Shown here in pieces: positions 1-10,178 of a stretch of 51,915 bases of DNA. The notes under the pieces were generated by a model. The model was not told where the DNA came from, did no database searches, and saw only the letters and a list, made by a program, of their open reading frames with translations. Position numbers and translations under genes: made by a program. Source of the DNA: an uncultured Lachnospiraceae bacterium (GTDB lineage: Bacteria; Bacillota; Clostridia; Oscillospirales; CAG-272); NCBI GenBank assembly GCA_964466625.1, contig CAYXQF010000003.1:1-51915 (forward strand), read 5' to 3'. Numbering within the stretch: the stretch's first letter is position 1; each line of letters starts with the position of its first letter.

Positions 1-2155
1 AAATGCCTTGTTTTTCGATCAGCTCATCATGTGTGCCGACCTCTGCGATCTTGCCTTTGTCAAGAACAACAAGTCGCGTTGCATTGCGGAGTGTGGAAAG
101 ACGGTGCGCGATAGCAATGGTCGTGCGGTCTTTCGAAAGCTTTGCCAGCGAATCCTGGATCTGCTTTTCCGTTTCCGTGTCAAGAGAAGCTGTCGCTTCG
201 TCAAGAATGAGGATCTTCGGATTGTGAAGCAATGCGCGCGCGATCGCGATACGCTGCTTTTCACCGCCCGAAAGCGTGCCGCCCTTTTCACCCACCATGG
301 TGTTATAGCCGTCGCTGAGCTTGATAATGAAGCTGTGTGCGCCTGCAGCCTTTGCTGCGGCAATGACCTCTTCTCGGGTAGCGTCCTGCTTTGCATAAGC
401 GATATTCTGATAGATCGAACCATTAAAGAGGAAGGTTTCCTGCAAAACGACACCGATCTGTGAACGGAGCGAGCTTTGTGTGATGTTTCTGATATCTCTA
501 CCGTCGATCTTCACCACACCTTCGTCCACATCATACATGCGCATGATCAGGTTGATAAGGGTAGATTTACCTGTACCCGATTTACCAACGATACCGATAA
601 ATTCACCGGGCTTGATATGAAGGTTGATATCGCGAAGCACTTCCGCGGATTCATCATAACCAAACGAAACGTTTTCAAGGTCGATATAACCCGAAACTTT
701 GATATCTCTTGCATCTTTTGCGTCCGTGATATCTTCGGGTTCGTCCATGATCTCAAACACTTTTGTGATCGAAGTCATCGCCATCATGATCTGACGGGGA
801 ACGTTTGCAAGGAAGTGAAGCGGTGCGTAAAGCATCGTTGCATACGCGGAGAACTGTGCCATCTCACCGAGCGTCATCGTGCCGCCGAGGATCTGATTAC
901 CAACGTAATAAAGGAGAATAAATTCACCAAAGCCCATGAAGAACTGAAGCAAGGGGTTGATATATGCCCATTTGGTTTCGATCTTGAGCTGTGTCTGTCT
1001 TTCCGCATAAGCATAAGATTCAAAGCGTTTTGCTTCTTTATGCTCCATGCCGTAAGATTTTACGACACGGATACCCGAAAAGATATCGTGTAGAACCGTA
1101 TTGGTCTGGGATTGACGCTCCCAGCTTCTGCGGAAAAGCTTACCCATGATACCACGGAAAAGATAAAATGCCACAGCAATAAGCGGTGTGGGAAGCAAGA
1201 TGAAAAGCGCAAGCTTCCAATCATAAATAAACATCACCGTACCGACAACAAGGAACAAAAGTACTTGTTCCAAGATTTTGGAAAGCTGGTTAACGATAAA
1301 CATACGGATTCTGCCCGTATCGTTGGAGATGCGGTTCATCAGCTCACCTGCGGTTCTTTTCGAAATACGTGCGATGGAAAGGCGCTGAACCTTATCGAAA
1401 AGCATACTGCGCAAGGTGAGGACGACCTTATTACCTGCCAAAATCAGCAGCCAGTTTCTCACGGAAGAAAAGCCTCTGTGCAAAAGCTGAACGAGAAGGA
1501 TCTGTGCGATGACGAAGATATAAGCCTTCAGCATCACGTCACCTTCGCTCAAAATATAATCGTCCGTAAGGGTTTTGGTAAGTCTTGGTGTCACAAGCTC
1601 CAAAAGGGAGATGACAACGAAAAGTGCAATGGAGCCGAAGATCAGCCATTTATGCGGACTGGCAACGCTCCAAAGGCGTTTTGCCATCTTTTTGCCGTCA
1701 AAGCAGGTAAGACAAGTCTCCGAGCCTTGTCTATACGCTCTGCCGCACTTGGGGCAAACACGTTCCGGGGGCGCATATTTATGGAAGGTGTTCTGATCGT
1801 AACGCAAGAAACGGTTCGCTGCTTTTACACCCATGGCGATCTTGCTCTTCTGTCTGCAATCGGCACGGGAAATGAGCACGGGATCGCCGCATTTCGGCTT
1901 ATATTCTGCCAAAACACAGCCGACGCCGGCAGAAAAACGCAGATCTTCAATGTCATGCATTTCTTCGCGCAAAACTTCTTTTTCATTTTCAAAAACGAAA
2001 AGCGTTTGCTCCGTCAAGATGACAAAGCCGTCTGTTTTCCCGTCGGGTATCTCGCGGTCAAGGTTATATTCCCACATGGAAACGACTTTATCTCGTTCGA
2101 TTCCGGGGAAAAAACGATTCGCGCGGGCAAATAAATGTTTTTTATTTTCTGTCAA
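1..2155 (-). CDS. ABC transporter ATP-binding/permease fusion with N-terminal zinc-ribbon extension (3' end runs off the window)
   Basis: Absent from the ORF track because it has no stop inside the window. My translation of the minus strand from TTG 2155 (GTG 2164 is also in frame) stays open to position 2. It reads a zinc ribbon (CPKCGRAYRQGSETCLTCFDG), a multi-TM exporter domain, Walker A GIVGKSGTGKST, signature LSGGEKQRIAIARA, Walker B ILILDEATASLD and IAHRLST. Confidence 0.85.
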   Translation of the reverse strand, partial: MTENKKHLFARANRFFPGIERDKVVSMWEYNLDREIPDGKTDGFVILTEQTLFVFENEKEVLREEMHDIEDLRFSAGVGCVLAEYKPKCGDPVLISRADCRQKSKIAMGVKAANRFLRYDQNTFHKYAPPERVCPKCGRAYRQGSETCLTCFDGKKMAKRLWSVASPHKWLIFGSIALFVVISLLELVTPRLTKTLTDDYILSEGDVMLKAYIFVIAQILLVQLLHRGFSSVRNWLLILAGNKVVLTLRSMLFDKVQRLSIARISKRTAGELMNRISNDTGRIRMFIVNQLSKILEQVLLFLVVGTVMFIYDWKLALFILLPTPLIAVAFYLFRGIMGKLFRRSWERQSQTNTVLHDIFSGIRVVKSYGMEHKEAKRFESYAYAERQTQLKIETKWAYINPLLQFFMGFGEFILLYYVGNQILGGTMTLGEMAQFSAYATMLYAPLHFLANVPRQIMMAMTSITKVFEIMDEPEDITDAKDARDIKVSGYIDLENVSFGYDESAEVLRDINLHIKPGEFIGIVGKSGTGKSTLINLIMRMYDVDEGVVKIDGRDIRNITQSSLRSQIGVVLQETFLFNGSIYQNIAYAKQDATREEVIAAAKAAGAHSFIIKLSDGYNTMVGEKGGTLSGGEKQRIAIARALLHNPKILILDEATASLDTETEKQIQDSLAKLSKDRTTIAIAHRLSTLRNATRLVVLDKGKIAEVGTHDELIEKQGI

Positions 2156-2170
2156 TGCGATCACCCCGCT

Positions 2171-2758
2171 TTACAGGAAAAGCTCGATCTTTTTGCGGCT
2201 CTTGCGGTCAAGTTTTTCTGCGTCTTCAATGACGAAACGGTTACCGTCCACGTCAAAGATGAAAAGTCTGCCATCGCCTGCATTCACGATGCTGCGGAAC
2301 GTATCCTGCAACGTAAAGGTGACTCTGCCGCCCGTGGTTTCCGCGTCCCAATAAGAAAAACCGAAGCGATCCTTAATGGAGTGGATCTTTTTGATCGTCG
2401 GAGAATAATATTTGCGGTTCAGCTCACGCACGAGAAGTTCTTTTTCCTCGCCATCGAAATCTTCGACGTTACGAATCGTGGCAAGCTCCATATTATCAAT
2501 ATTCAAAACGGATATGTATTCCCAGAGAAATTCAAACGGGAAATTGCGGTGAAGCATGACTCTCTGCGGTTCTTTATCCTTGGGCGCACTCATATAGAGA
2601 AAGCCGCCCTTCATCATAAACGTTGCGTTTTCCTTGGTAATGGCAATTGCGTTCGGATTTTCAATGGCACGGCGTTCAGGAGCGCCTTTGCCTTCGCCCG
2701 GTCCTCTGCCGCCGGGGCCTCTGCCGGGACCTCTGCCCGTTCCTCCAAATTCCATCAT
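2171..2758 (-). CDS. DUF1854-like small protein associated with paired ABC exporters
   Basis: ORF 2171-2809 trimmed to ATG 2758 (GAAAGGA about 10 nt upstream). It has a Gly/Arg/Pro-rich N-terminus, then LHRNFPFEFLWEYISVLN...RKYYSPTIKKIHSIKDRFGFSYWDAETTGGRVTF. The family name is from memory, not searched. Confidence 0.55.
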   Translation of the reverse strand: MMEFGGTGRGPGRGPGGRGPGEGKGAPERRAIENPNAIAITKENATFMMKGGFLYMSAPKDKEPQRVMLHRNFPFEFLWEYISVLNIDNMELATIRNVEDFDGEEKELLVRELNRKYYSPTIKKIHSIKDRFGFSYWDAETTGGRVTFTLQDTFRSIVNAGDGRLFIFDVDGNRFVIEDAEKLDRKSRKKIELFL

Positions 2759-2866
2759 AATAAATCTATCCTTTCCGCTTTTTCTTTGGGAAAAGAAAAA
2801 GCTCCTCAAAAAGAAACCTTTCGCGGTTCTCTTTTTGTTTTACTTATTTTTTGTTTCGTAGCAAGA

Positions 2867-5113
2867 TTATTCCGCGATACCCGCGTTTTTCAGCGCTTCG
2901 ATCTGCAAACCGTAAAGCTTGCGGTAAACGCCTTCTTTTGCCATGAGTTCCTCATGTGTACCGCTTTCGGCAACTCTGCCGCCTTCGATAACGATGAGCT
3001 TATCCGCATCGCGGAGTGTGGAAAGACGGTGTGCGATCATAATGGTGGTCTTACCCTTGACAAGCTCGGTCAAAGCTGTCTGGATCTTGCGTTCCGTCTG
3101 GGTATCCATCGCGGCTGTCGCTTCGTCGAGGATCAGGATCTTCGGATTACGCAGGATCGCACGCGCAATGGAGATGCGCTGACGTTCACCGCCCGAAAGA
3201 TCTTTATAACCAAAGCCTATCTTCGTATTGTAAGCATCGGGAAGCTTGATGATAAAATCATGTGCGCCTGCCGCCTTTGCCGCCGCGATCACCTCTTCAT
3301 GGCTCGCGTCAGGTCTTGCGTAGCGGATATTTTCGAGGATCGTACCCATGAAAAGGTATGTTTCCTGCGAAACGATGGCGATATTGCGGTAAAGATCTTC
3401 AAACGCGAGCTTTTTGATGTTAACGCCGTCAATGGAGATCTTACCTTGTTCGGGATCGTAAAGACGAATGAGGAGATTGGCAAGCGTACTCTTGCCTGCG
3501 CCCGTGTGACCAACGATACCAAGCGTTTGTCCTGCAGGGACGTCAAAGCTTACGTGGTCAATGACACGGCGGTTTTTGATATAAGAGAACGATACGTCAT
3601 CAAAGCGGACGTGTCCGTCAAAGGTATCTACGTGAATGGGATTCGGCGCTTCCGTGATCTCCGCTTCCGTATCCATGATCTCGAAAAGACGCTGAAGCGC
3701 ATTGGAGCAGTCAGCCGTCATTTCAGACATTTCGCTGAAGAACTGGAGCGGCGAATAAATCATACCGATATAAGTAATAAACGTCATGAGATCCGCATAG
3801 TTAAATTCATCGACGATAACGAACCAACCGCCCACCGCTCTTGCCATCAGCGTACCGAGCGAATAAAGCAGGAAGCCCGAAAGCGGAACGATGAACGTAT
3901 TGAACGTTGCGCGGCGCAGATCCGCATCGGCAAGGCGCTCGGAACGGGTACGGAAACGCATGATCTCATCGTTTTCTTTGGAAAACGCTTTTACGACACG
4001 CATACCCGAAAGCTCGTCGGAAAGGAACGAGGTCATTGCGCGCTGTGTGGAAAAACGTCTGGCGTGAAGCTTACGGTTTTTGCCGTGGCTGAGCCGCATG
4101 ATGAGAAGCGAAAGCGGAATCATCAAAAGACAAAGGATCGAAAGCTTAGGATTGAGAAGAATGAGCAACACCACGAGCACCACGACCTGCGCCACGTTCA
4201 CGAGGAAGTGCGGAAGGACGTTACAGAAAAATTCATAGATGGTGTTTGCATCGCTGTTTACCTGTGTCATCAGACCACCCGTCTGACGATTGGTGAAAAA
4301 GCTGAGGGAAAGACGCTCGATCGCGCCAAAGATGGTCTTTTTAAGGTCAAAGTTCACCTTGGCGGCAATGACGGAGGTCATATAGTTATTGAGCATGCTT
4401 GCCAGCATCTTCACGACCTTCACGGAGATGATCAGCGCAAGGATCGCGACGACAGCGCCGTAAAATTCACCGCCCTCGGTCAATACCTCGCGGATAAAAT
4501 AACCGGAGGAAAGGTCTGCCACCCAAATGGTAAGGCCTGTCATCGCAATGAGCGAAATAAGAGAGAGCACAAGCTCGATCTTATATTTCAGGAAGAATTT
4601 CATAATGCGGCGGAAAAGCTTACCCTTATCCATACATCTGGGACAGATCTTTCTGTTTTTATTGGGGTAGCGATGTCCGCACTTGGGACAAAGATTCGAT
4701 TTCGGATCGTCATCGGGATCGAGCTCAAACGAGCCGTTGCGTTTCAGCTTATCGAGATATTTACGGAAAATGATCATCGACGTGCGGCAAAAGTTTGTCA
4801 TCACGGCGAGCAGGATAGGTTCTCCGTTTTCATTTTTCGCGGTAAAGCGTGCGCTGGAGAGCAATTCTTCGATGCGGAAGCCGCTGATCTCGGAAAGCGC
4901 ATACGAGCGGAAATCCGTTTCGTTCCAGACACGGCGCGAATTTTGTCCGTCGCTTTCACGAGCCATCACGCCTGTCATCACGAAAAGATGATCACTCGTT
5001 GCCAAAAGATAGCTTTCCGCAGGATTATGCCCCAGATCACGGTCACAATACGCCGTGAGCAAAACATCTTCCGCAGGAATACCCTTTTCCGTCAAAGCGT
5101 CGAATATTTCCAT
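2867..5113 (-). CDS. ABC transporter ATP-binding/permease fusion with N-terminal zinc-ribbon extension
   Basis: ORF 2867-5239 trimmed to ATG 5113 (MEIFDALTEKG); TTG 5134 is also possible. Contains zinc ribbon CPKCGHRYPNKNRKICPRCMDKG, a multi-TM domain, Walker A GHTGAGKST, signature LSGGERQRISIARA, Walker B ILILDEATAAMD and IAHRLST. Confidence 0.85.
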   Translation of the reverse strand: MEIFDALTEKGIPAEDVLLTAYCDRDLGHNPAESYLLATSDHLFVMTGVMARESDGQNSRRVWNETDFRSYALSEISGFRIEELLSSARFTAKNENGEPILLAVMTNFCRTSMIIFRKYLDKLKRNGSFELDPDDDPKSNLCPKCGHRYPNKNRKICPRCMDKGKLFRRIMKFFLKYKIELVLSLISLIAMTGLTIWVADLSSGYFIREVLTEGGEFYGAVVAILALIISVKVVKMLASMLNNYMTSVIAAKVNFDLKKTIFGAIERLSLSFFTNRQTGGLMTQVNSDANTIYEFFCNVLPHFLVNVAQVVVLVVLLILLNPKLSILCLLMIPLSLLIMRLSHGKNRKLHARRFSTQRAMTSFLSDELSGMRVVKAFSKENDEIMRFRTRSERLADADLRRATFNTFIVPLSGFLLYSLGTLMARAVGGWFVIVDEFNYADLMTFITYIGMIYSPLQFFSEMSEMTADCSNALQRLFEIMDTEAEITEAPNPIHVDTFDGHVRFDDVSFSYIKNRRVIDHVSFDVPAGQTLGIVGHTGAGKSTLANLLIRLYDPEQGKISIDGVNIKKLAFEDLYRNIAIVSQETYLFMGTILENIRYARPDASHEEVIAAAKAAGAHDFIIKLPDAYNTKIGFGYKDLSGGERQRISIARAILRNPKILILDEATAAMDTQTERKIQTALTELVKGKTTIMIAHRLSTLRDADKLIVIEGGRVAESGTHEELMAKEGVYRKLYGLQIEALKNAGIAE

Positions 5114-5314
5114 TGGTATTTTGTCTATTTCAAACAAATTCTGATACCGTCCTTTCTTTAATAGATAAATATTTCCATTATTTTTAGTATAACATAACAA
5201 AAAAATCGTGTCAATTCCATTTGCGAGAACTTTTGGCAATTCTCCGTTGACAATGTTACGAGAAAAACTGTTTTTTCAAAAAATTATTTCCGCATGAGAA
5301 AGGAGCGAAACCAT

Positions 5315-5872
5315 ATGTGGGAGATCGTCACCATCGCCATCGGACTTTCCATGGACGCCTTTGCCGCCGCTGTTTGCAAGGGACTTTCCGTAAAAAAATT
5401 AAAGTTTTATCATTTACTGACCGCGGGGCTTTGGTTCGGCATATTTCAAGCGTTGATGCCAAGCTTGGGATATATATTAGGAATAGGATTTCAAAAATAT
5501 ATAGAAGCCTTTGATCATTGGGTGGCGTTTGCGCTGCTCGCGCTCATCGGGGTGAATATGATACTCGAATCCCACAAAACAGAAAGCGTGGAAAGCGGCT
5601 CCTTCTCCCCTGCCGCCATGTTTCCCCTTGCCATTTCCACGAGCATCGACGCGCTTGCTGTGGGTGTCACGTTCCCCACGGCGGATATTCACGCCGCAGT
5701 TGCCGTGCCGCTGATCGGCGGTGTTGCGTTTTTCTTTTCTGTACTCGGTGTCGGCATTGGCAATCTTTTCGGCACAAAACAAAAAGCCCGCGCGGAGCTT
5801 TTCGGCGGACTGCTGCTCATCTTTATGGGTGTAAAGATCCTTTTAGAGCATCTCGGTGTTCTCCACGGCTAA
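5315..5872 (+). CDS. mntP: manganese efflux pump MntP (DUF204 duplication)
   Basis: ATG 5315 is preceded by AAAGGAG. MWEIVTIAIGLSMDAFAAAVCKG in the first half is echoed by AISTSIDALAVGV in the second. The protein is hydrophobic throughout. Confidence 0.8.
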   Translation: MWEIVTIAIGLSMDAFAAAVCKGLSVKKLKFYHLLTAGLWFGIFQALMPSLGYILGIGFQKYIEAFDHWVAFALLALIGVNMILESHKTESVESGSFSPAAMFPLAISTSIDALAVGVTFPTADIHAAVAVPLIGGVAFFFSVLGVGIGNLFGTKQKARAELFGGLLLIFMGVKILLEHLGVLHG

Positions 5873-5998
5873 AAACAACCGGTGGTTGTTTGCGCATCGA
5901 ATACCGCTATGTGGATTTTTTGAAAATTCATGTTATAATAAAATCAGAACCGGTTCCAAAGAAAATTTCACACTCACAAAAGAATCGAGAGGTATAAT

Positions 5999-6757
5999 AT
6001 GACATATAATTTCGGAAATACAATTAAAAATTTGAGAAAACAGCGCGGTCTGACACAAGAGCAGACAGCGGAATTCTTCGGCGTATCCGCGCAAGCCATT
6101 AGCAAATGGGAAACGAATATGTCTTATCCCGACATTACACTTTTGCCGATCATTGCTGCCTTTTTTGGCGTCAGCACCGATGAGCTTCTCGGCGTGGACA
6201 TCGGAAAGCGCGATCAGATCATCACGCAATTTTGCGAAAAAGCTGCTGCGCTTTGTGAAGAAAGCAACTATGCCGAAGCCGTTGCCCTTCTGCGCGGCGC
6301 CCTGCTTCAGTATCCCGGCAATGACAAATTGATGTATCATCTTGCATGGGCTTTAACGGGGACGATCCGCGAGCACCGTGAAAATTTGGACGAGGCGATC
6401 AACATTTATTACAAGATATTGGAAATCAGCACCGATACCGAGCTTCGTGCCAAGGTAACACGAGATCTTGTTTACCGTTACGCAACAAAAAATGACATCG
6501 CGACCGCTCTACGCCATGCAGAGATGCTTCCTTGCTTTGAAGTTTGCCGCGAATATACCATCGGTAGAGGAAATCTTTTGGAGGGAAAAGCGCTTGCCGC
6601 ATATTTGCAGAATAATATCCAACTTTTCGGTAATGCCGTTTTGGAATGCTTGAAATATTTTCAAGATCACAAGATTCTTTCCGAAGAAGAAATGACCCCA
6701 TACACCCCTGAAGATACAAAAAAGAAAATCGCTCTGCTCAAAGAAATTCTCACATAA
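5999..6757 (+). CDS. XRE-family HTH transcriptional regulator with helical C-terminal domain
   Basis: N-terminus IKNLRKQRGLTQEQTAEFFGVSAQAISKWETNMSYPDITLLPIIAAFFGVSTDELLG is a classic Cro/C1 HTH. Confidence 0.8.
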   Translation: MTYNFGNTIKNLRKQRGLTQEQTAEFFGVSAQAISKWETNMSYPDITLLPIIAAFFGVSTDELLGVDIGKRDQIITQFCEKAAALCEESNYAEAVALLRGALLQYPGNDKLMYHLAWALTGTIREHRENLDEAINIYYKILEISTDTELRAKVTRDLVYRYATKNDIATALRHAEMLPCFEVCREYTIGRGNLLEGKALAAYLQNNIQLFGNAVLECLKYFQDHKILSEEEMTPYTPEDTKKKIALLKEILT

Positions 6758-6763
6758 TACGAA

Positions 6764-6792
6764 AAAGCCTTCCGAAATTCGGAAGGCTTTTG
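6764..6792. terminator. bidirectional rho-independent terminator between convergent genes
   Basis: aaaagccttccg-aaat-tcggaaggctttt: a perfect stem flanked by an A-run and a T-run. Confidence 0.7.
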
Positions 6793-6806
6793 ACTTTTCA
6801 CATGGA

Positions 6807-7535
6807 TTAGTCAACGTAGATGAACTGCACGTTGGGGCAGTTGTAGAAAATGGATTCTACTTCGCTTTCAAATCTGCGAGGAAGTGTTACGCTCTTGAGG
6901 TTCTGGCAATCCGCAAATGCATATCTGCCGATGGTGGTCACGGAACTGGGGATTGTCACCTGTTCCAAAGAGCTGCAATGCCAAAAAGCCATGGAGCCGA
7001 TCTCTTCGATACCTTCCGCGAGGGAGAGGTTCTTGAGGTTCGGATAACCGCTGAAGGAGTTCGCATAGATGAGCTTAACGGTGGAAGGAATGCTGATGGT
7101 CTCAACAACGCTTGCCTGGAGTGCAACGATACCCTGACCGTAGCCGATCTGGATTACAGGATAGCTGAACTGCTTACCGGTAACATCTCTGTATGTGAAA
7201 ATTTCATCGAAAACGAGATCAGAGGTAACTTTTTTGGTTTCCCAGTAGCAAACGGCAACGCCGATAATCTCATTTGTATCGGGATTTTCAACGAGTTTTA
7301 CGATATAGTCGTGTTCGTATGTGTCAAGCACACCTTCTACGAGAGAGGTACGAGTTGTGTTATCTACAGTAGTGGTTGCTTCTGTTGTGGTGGCTTCGGT
7401 TGTGGTTTCGCCGGAATCGGTCGTGGTAGCCACGGTGGTGGTAGCTTCGGTTGTGGTTTCTGCAACTTCACCGCAGGAAGCGAAAATCATTGCGCTTGTG
7501 CTGATCGCGAGAAACAAAGCCAAGAATTTTTTCAT
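6807..7535 (-). CDS. lipoprotein with Thr-rich linker and BspA-type leucine-rich repeats
   Basis: MKKFLALFLAISTSAMIFASCGE (lipobox FASC). A TTTEA-type linker is encoded at about 7352-7463. C-terminal repeats read IPSTVKLIYANSFSG..NLKNLSL..IEEIGSMAFWHCSSLEQVTIPSSVTTIGRYAFADCQNLKSVTLP. Confidence 0.7.
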   Translation of the reverse strand: MKKFLALFLAISTSAMIFASCGEVAETTTEATTTVATTTDSGETTTEATTTEATTTVDNTTRTSLVEGVLDTYEHDYIVKLVENPDTNEIIGVAVCYWETKKVTSDLVFDEIFTYRDVTGKQFSYPVIQIGYGQGIVALQASVVETISIPSTVKLIYANSFSGYPNLKNLSLAEGIEEIGSMAFWHCSSLEQVTIPSSVTTIGRYAFADCQNLKSVTLPRRFESEVESIFYNCPNVQFIYVD

Positions 7536-7761
7536 AAAAACTTTAACTCCCATTCAAATTTTTTTGAAGATTTTAGGCGCGCAAATGTCTGAAAATGCGC
7601 CGCATGGCAGACTGTTAACGCGCACAGCCCGCGGTTACTGAATAAATATCTTTATCCTTACATAAAATAAATCATACCATAAACAAAACGGTTTGTCAAG
7701 ATACTATGCACATTTTTTGCGGCGATTTGTCTTGAAAAAACTCGGAAAGTGGGGAAATTCA

Positions 7762-8859
7762 ATGCGTTTTTTGTCCTCTTTGCCGCATAAGCGGATCGCA
7801 TGGACGGTATTTTATCTTTTTCTGGGGATCTTTCTCGGATATTTTTTCATTCGCTATCTTCTTTCGGTATTCTTACCGTTTTTCATCGCTTTTATAACTG
7901 CGCTCTCCCTGCGTCGTCCCTCTCTCCGTTTGGCAAAAGGTAAAAAACAAGCGGCACGTATCATGCGGGTCTTTATGGTGATCTTACTGCTTTTCACCGT
8001 CTTGCTTCTTCTCGTTTTCGCGCTGAGCGCAACGATCCGCCAGCTCGGAGATCTCATCACCGATTTTTCCGAGGAAAGTGAGATCTTCACCGATCTCGGC
8101 AAGATGCTCGACAAAATGAGCATTTTTCTTTCCGACCTTCCCTTTTTTTCAGGCGAAGACGCCATTTCCATGCGCGAAAGTCTACTGACTATGTTCACGG
8201 ATTTTCTGAAAAACGCCGTGATGGGGCTTGCGGCAAAGCTCCCCGAATGGATCGGCGCGCTCATCGCCGCGGTGCCGAAATTTTTGCTCTTTTTTGCCGT
8301 CACGGTGATCTCCGCCATTTATTTCTGCTTAGATCTGGAAAAGATCAGCGCATTTTTTCATAAGCATCTGCAAGGCAACGCCAAAAAGATCGCGGAAGCG
8401 ATCTCGGGCGAATGCGGTCACGCCGTCTTGAAATACGTCAAAGCTTATCTCGTTTTATTTCTTTTCACGTTCGCACAGCTTTTCATCGGCTTTGCTCTGC
8501 TTCGCGAGCGATATGCTTTCTTGCTCGCGCTTTTTATTGCGCTCGTGGACGTTTTGCCCGTTCTCGGCACAGGCACAGTGCTGGTACCGTGGGCGCTCTG
8601 GCTTTTTCTCACGGGACACACCTCTCACGCGATAGGACTTCTCGTGCTTTACGTCGTGACCGCCGTTTTGCGCCAGTTTTTAGAGCCGAAGATCATCGGT
8701 GCCGGTATGGGTGTTTCTCCCTTGCTCACGCTCATCGCCATGTATGCGGGACTCAAGCTTTTCGGCTTTTTCGGCATGGTTCTCATACCACCGCTCGTCA
8801 TGATCGCAAAAAACAGCTATAGCACCATCGCACCGCTGATGAAAGGGGATACCGCTTGA
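7762..8859 (+). CDS. AI-2E/PerM family integral membrane protein (YtvI-like)
   Basis: ORF trimmed to ATG 7762. Multi-TM protein with the LVDVLPVLGTGTVLVPWALWLFLTG motif typical of this family. Confidence 0.65.
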   Translation: MRFLSSLPHKRIAWTVFYLFLGIFLGYFFIRYLLSVFLPFFIAFITALSLRRPSLRLAKGKKQAARIMRVFMVILLLFTVLLLLVFALSATIRQLGDLITDFSEESEIFTDLGKMLDKMSIFLSDLPFFSGEDAISMRESLLTMFTDFLKNAVMGLAAKLPEWIGALIAAVPKFLLFFAVTVISAIYFCLDLEKISAFFHKHLQGNAKKIAEAISGECGHAVLKYVKAYLVLFLFTFAQLFIGFALLRERYAFLLALFIALVDVLPVLGTGTVLVPWALWLFLTGHTSHAIGLLVLYVVTAVLRQFLEPKIIGAGMGVSPLLTLIAMYAGLKLFGFFGMVLIPPLVMIAKNSYSTIAPLMKGDTA

Positions 8860-9428
8860 AACACGTTCGATTTTCCGTCCACCCCTTTGCCATGGCAGGA
8901 CTTTTCCTGCTTCTTTTTGCCGCACCGAAAACGTATGCGTTTGCGGTCTTTTCTTCCGTTTTGCTTCACGAAGCGGGACATCTGACCGCGGCGCTGCTTT
9001 TCCGCGGAAGTGTGCGAGAGATCCGCCTTATGCCGACGGGCATCAGCATCTCGCTCTCCCGTGCCATGTCTTATTACGAGGAGATCGTAACAGCACTTGC
9101 AGGACCGTTTATGAACCTTTTGTATCTTGCGGCACTTCCCCTCTTGCCCGTCGCCGTGCAAAGCTCCGTGCAAATGATCTCCCTTTCACTTTTTTCGCTG
9201 AATATGCTCCCCATCAAAACCTTGGACGGCGGCAGGATCCTTGCCGCCTTGCTTTCTCTCATCACCGACGAAACGCTCTCGGAAAAGGTGCTTTCCGTCA
9301 CAACGGCAATCTGCCTTTCGATGCTTTGGGTCCTTTCTCTCTATATTTTCTTCTACAGCGGCGTGAATTTCATGCTTCTTTTGTTTTGCGCGTATCTTTT
9401 TTCGTTCTGGATCCTCAAAAAACTTTGA
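8856..9428 (+). CDS. site-2 protease family (peptidase M50) membrane metalloprotease
   Basis: TTG 8856 overlaps the upstream stop, with AAAGGGGA 6 nt upstream. Carries HEAGH (HExxH) in a TM helix and LNMLPIKTLDGGRIL (NxxPxxxLDG). Confidence 0.75.
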   Translation: MKHVRFSVHPFAMAGLFLLLFAAPKTYAFAVFSSVLLHEAGHLTAALLFRGSVREIRLMPTGISISLSRAMSYYEEIVTALAGPFMNLLYLAALPLLPVAVQSSVQMISLSLFSLNMLPIKTLDGGRILAALLSLITDETLSEKVLSVTTAICLSMLWVLSLYIFFYSGVNFMLLLFCAYLFSFWILKKL

Positions 9429-9510
9429 AAAACGCTTGCCTTGCGGCAAAAATCATGATATGATAGAAAAAGATCATCGAATTTCGATCAAAAAGAAAGG
9501 ATTTTTTGAT

Positions 9511-9993
9511 ATGACAAAAGCAATCATTGAAATGGAAAACGGCGGCGTGATGACGCTTGAGCTTTATCCCGAAACCGCACCTATCACCGTTGCAAACTTT
9601 GTAAAACTCGCAAAGGAAGGCTTCTATAACGGCCTTATCTTCCACCGCGTTATCGCAGGCTTCATGATCCAGGGCGGCGACCCCACAGGCACAGGCATGG
9701 GCGATCCCGGCTATCAGATCAAGGGTGAATTCGCTTCCAACGGCGTTGTCAACCCCTTGAAGCACACCAGAGGCGTGATCTCCATGGCTCGCTCCATGCG
9801 TCCCGACTCCGCAGGCTCCCAGTTCTTCATCATGCACGCAAATGCACCGCACCTTGACGGTCAGTATGCCGCTTTCGGTAAGATGACTGACGGTTTTGAC
9901 GTTCTTGACCGCATCGCCGGCGTGCAGACCGACTTCTCCGATAAGCCCCGCAAAGAACAGAAAATGAAAACCGTGACCATCATCGAAGAATAA
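9511..9993 (+). CDS. ppiB: cyclophilin-type peptidyl-prolyl cis-trans isomerase
   Basis: ATG 9511 follows AAAGAAAGGA. Motifs: TAPITVANFVKLAKEGFYNGLIFHRVIAGFMIQGGDPTGTGMG and SAGSQFFI. Confidence 0.9.
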   Translation: MTKAIIEMENGGVMTLELYPETAPITVANFVKLAKEGFYNGLIFHRVIAGFMIQGGDPTGTGMGDPGYQIKGEFASNGVVNPLKHTRGVISMARSMRPDSAGSQFFIMHANAPHLDGQYAAFGKMTDGFDVLDRIAGVQTDFSDKPRKEQKMKTVTIIEE

Positions 9994-10033
9994 TCGAGAT
10001 CCTCTCAAAACTTCCGATGAAGATTTCATTTTT

Positions 10034-10062
10034 ACCCCCTCTGACGAGGGGGTTTTCTTTTT
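10034..10062 (+). terminator. rho-independent terminator after ppiB
   Basis: ccccctc-tgac-gaggggg followed by ttttctttttt. Confidence 0.7.
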
Positions 10063-10178
10063 TACCGAATTTTCTTAAAAAATCGCGCGAAAAATGAAAT
10101 TTTTTTACAAAAACCCATTCATTTTTTTACCATTCTATTGTATAATAGTAAGTAAGATAAATTTCCCGAGGTGATGAT

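Noticed and set aside
2135-5161. 1008-aa plus-strand ORF
   Set aside because: Antisense of the ABC exporter and DUF1854-like genes. The minus strand carries unmistakable Walker A/B and LSGGERQRISIARA motifs.
5161-5314. Expected yybP-ykoY (manganese) riboswitch upstream of mntP
   Set aside because: I looked for the conserved GGGGAGTAG and downstream GAGAC-type elements in the 150-nt leader and did not find them. Only an AT-rich promoter-like region and the RBS are visible. A covariance-model scan (Rfam RF00080) would be needed to be sure.
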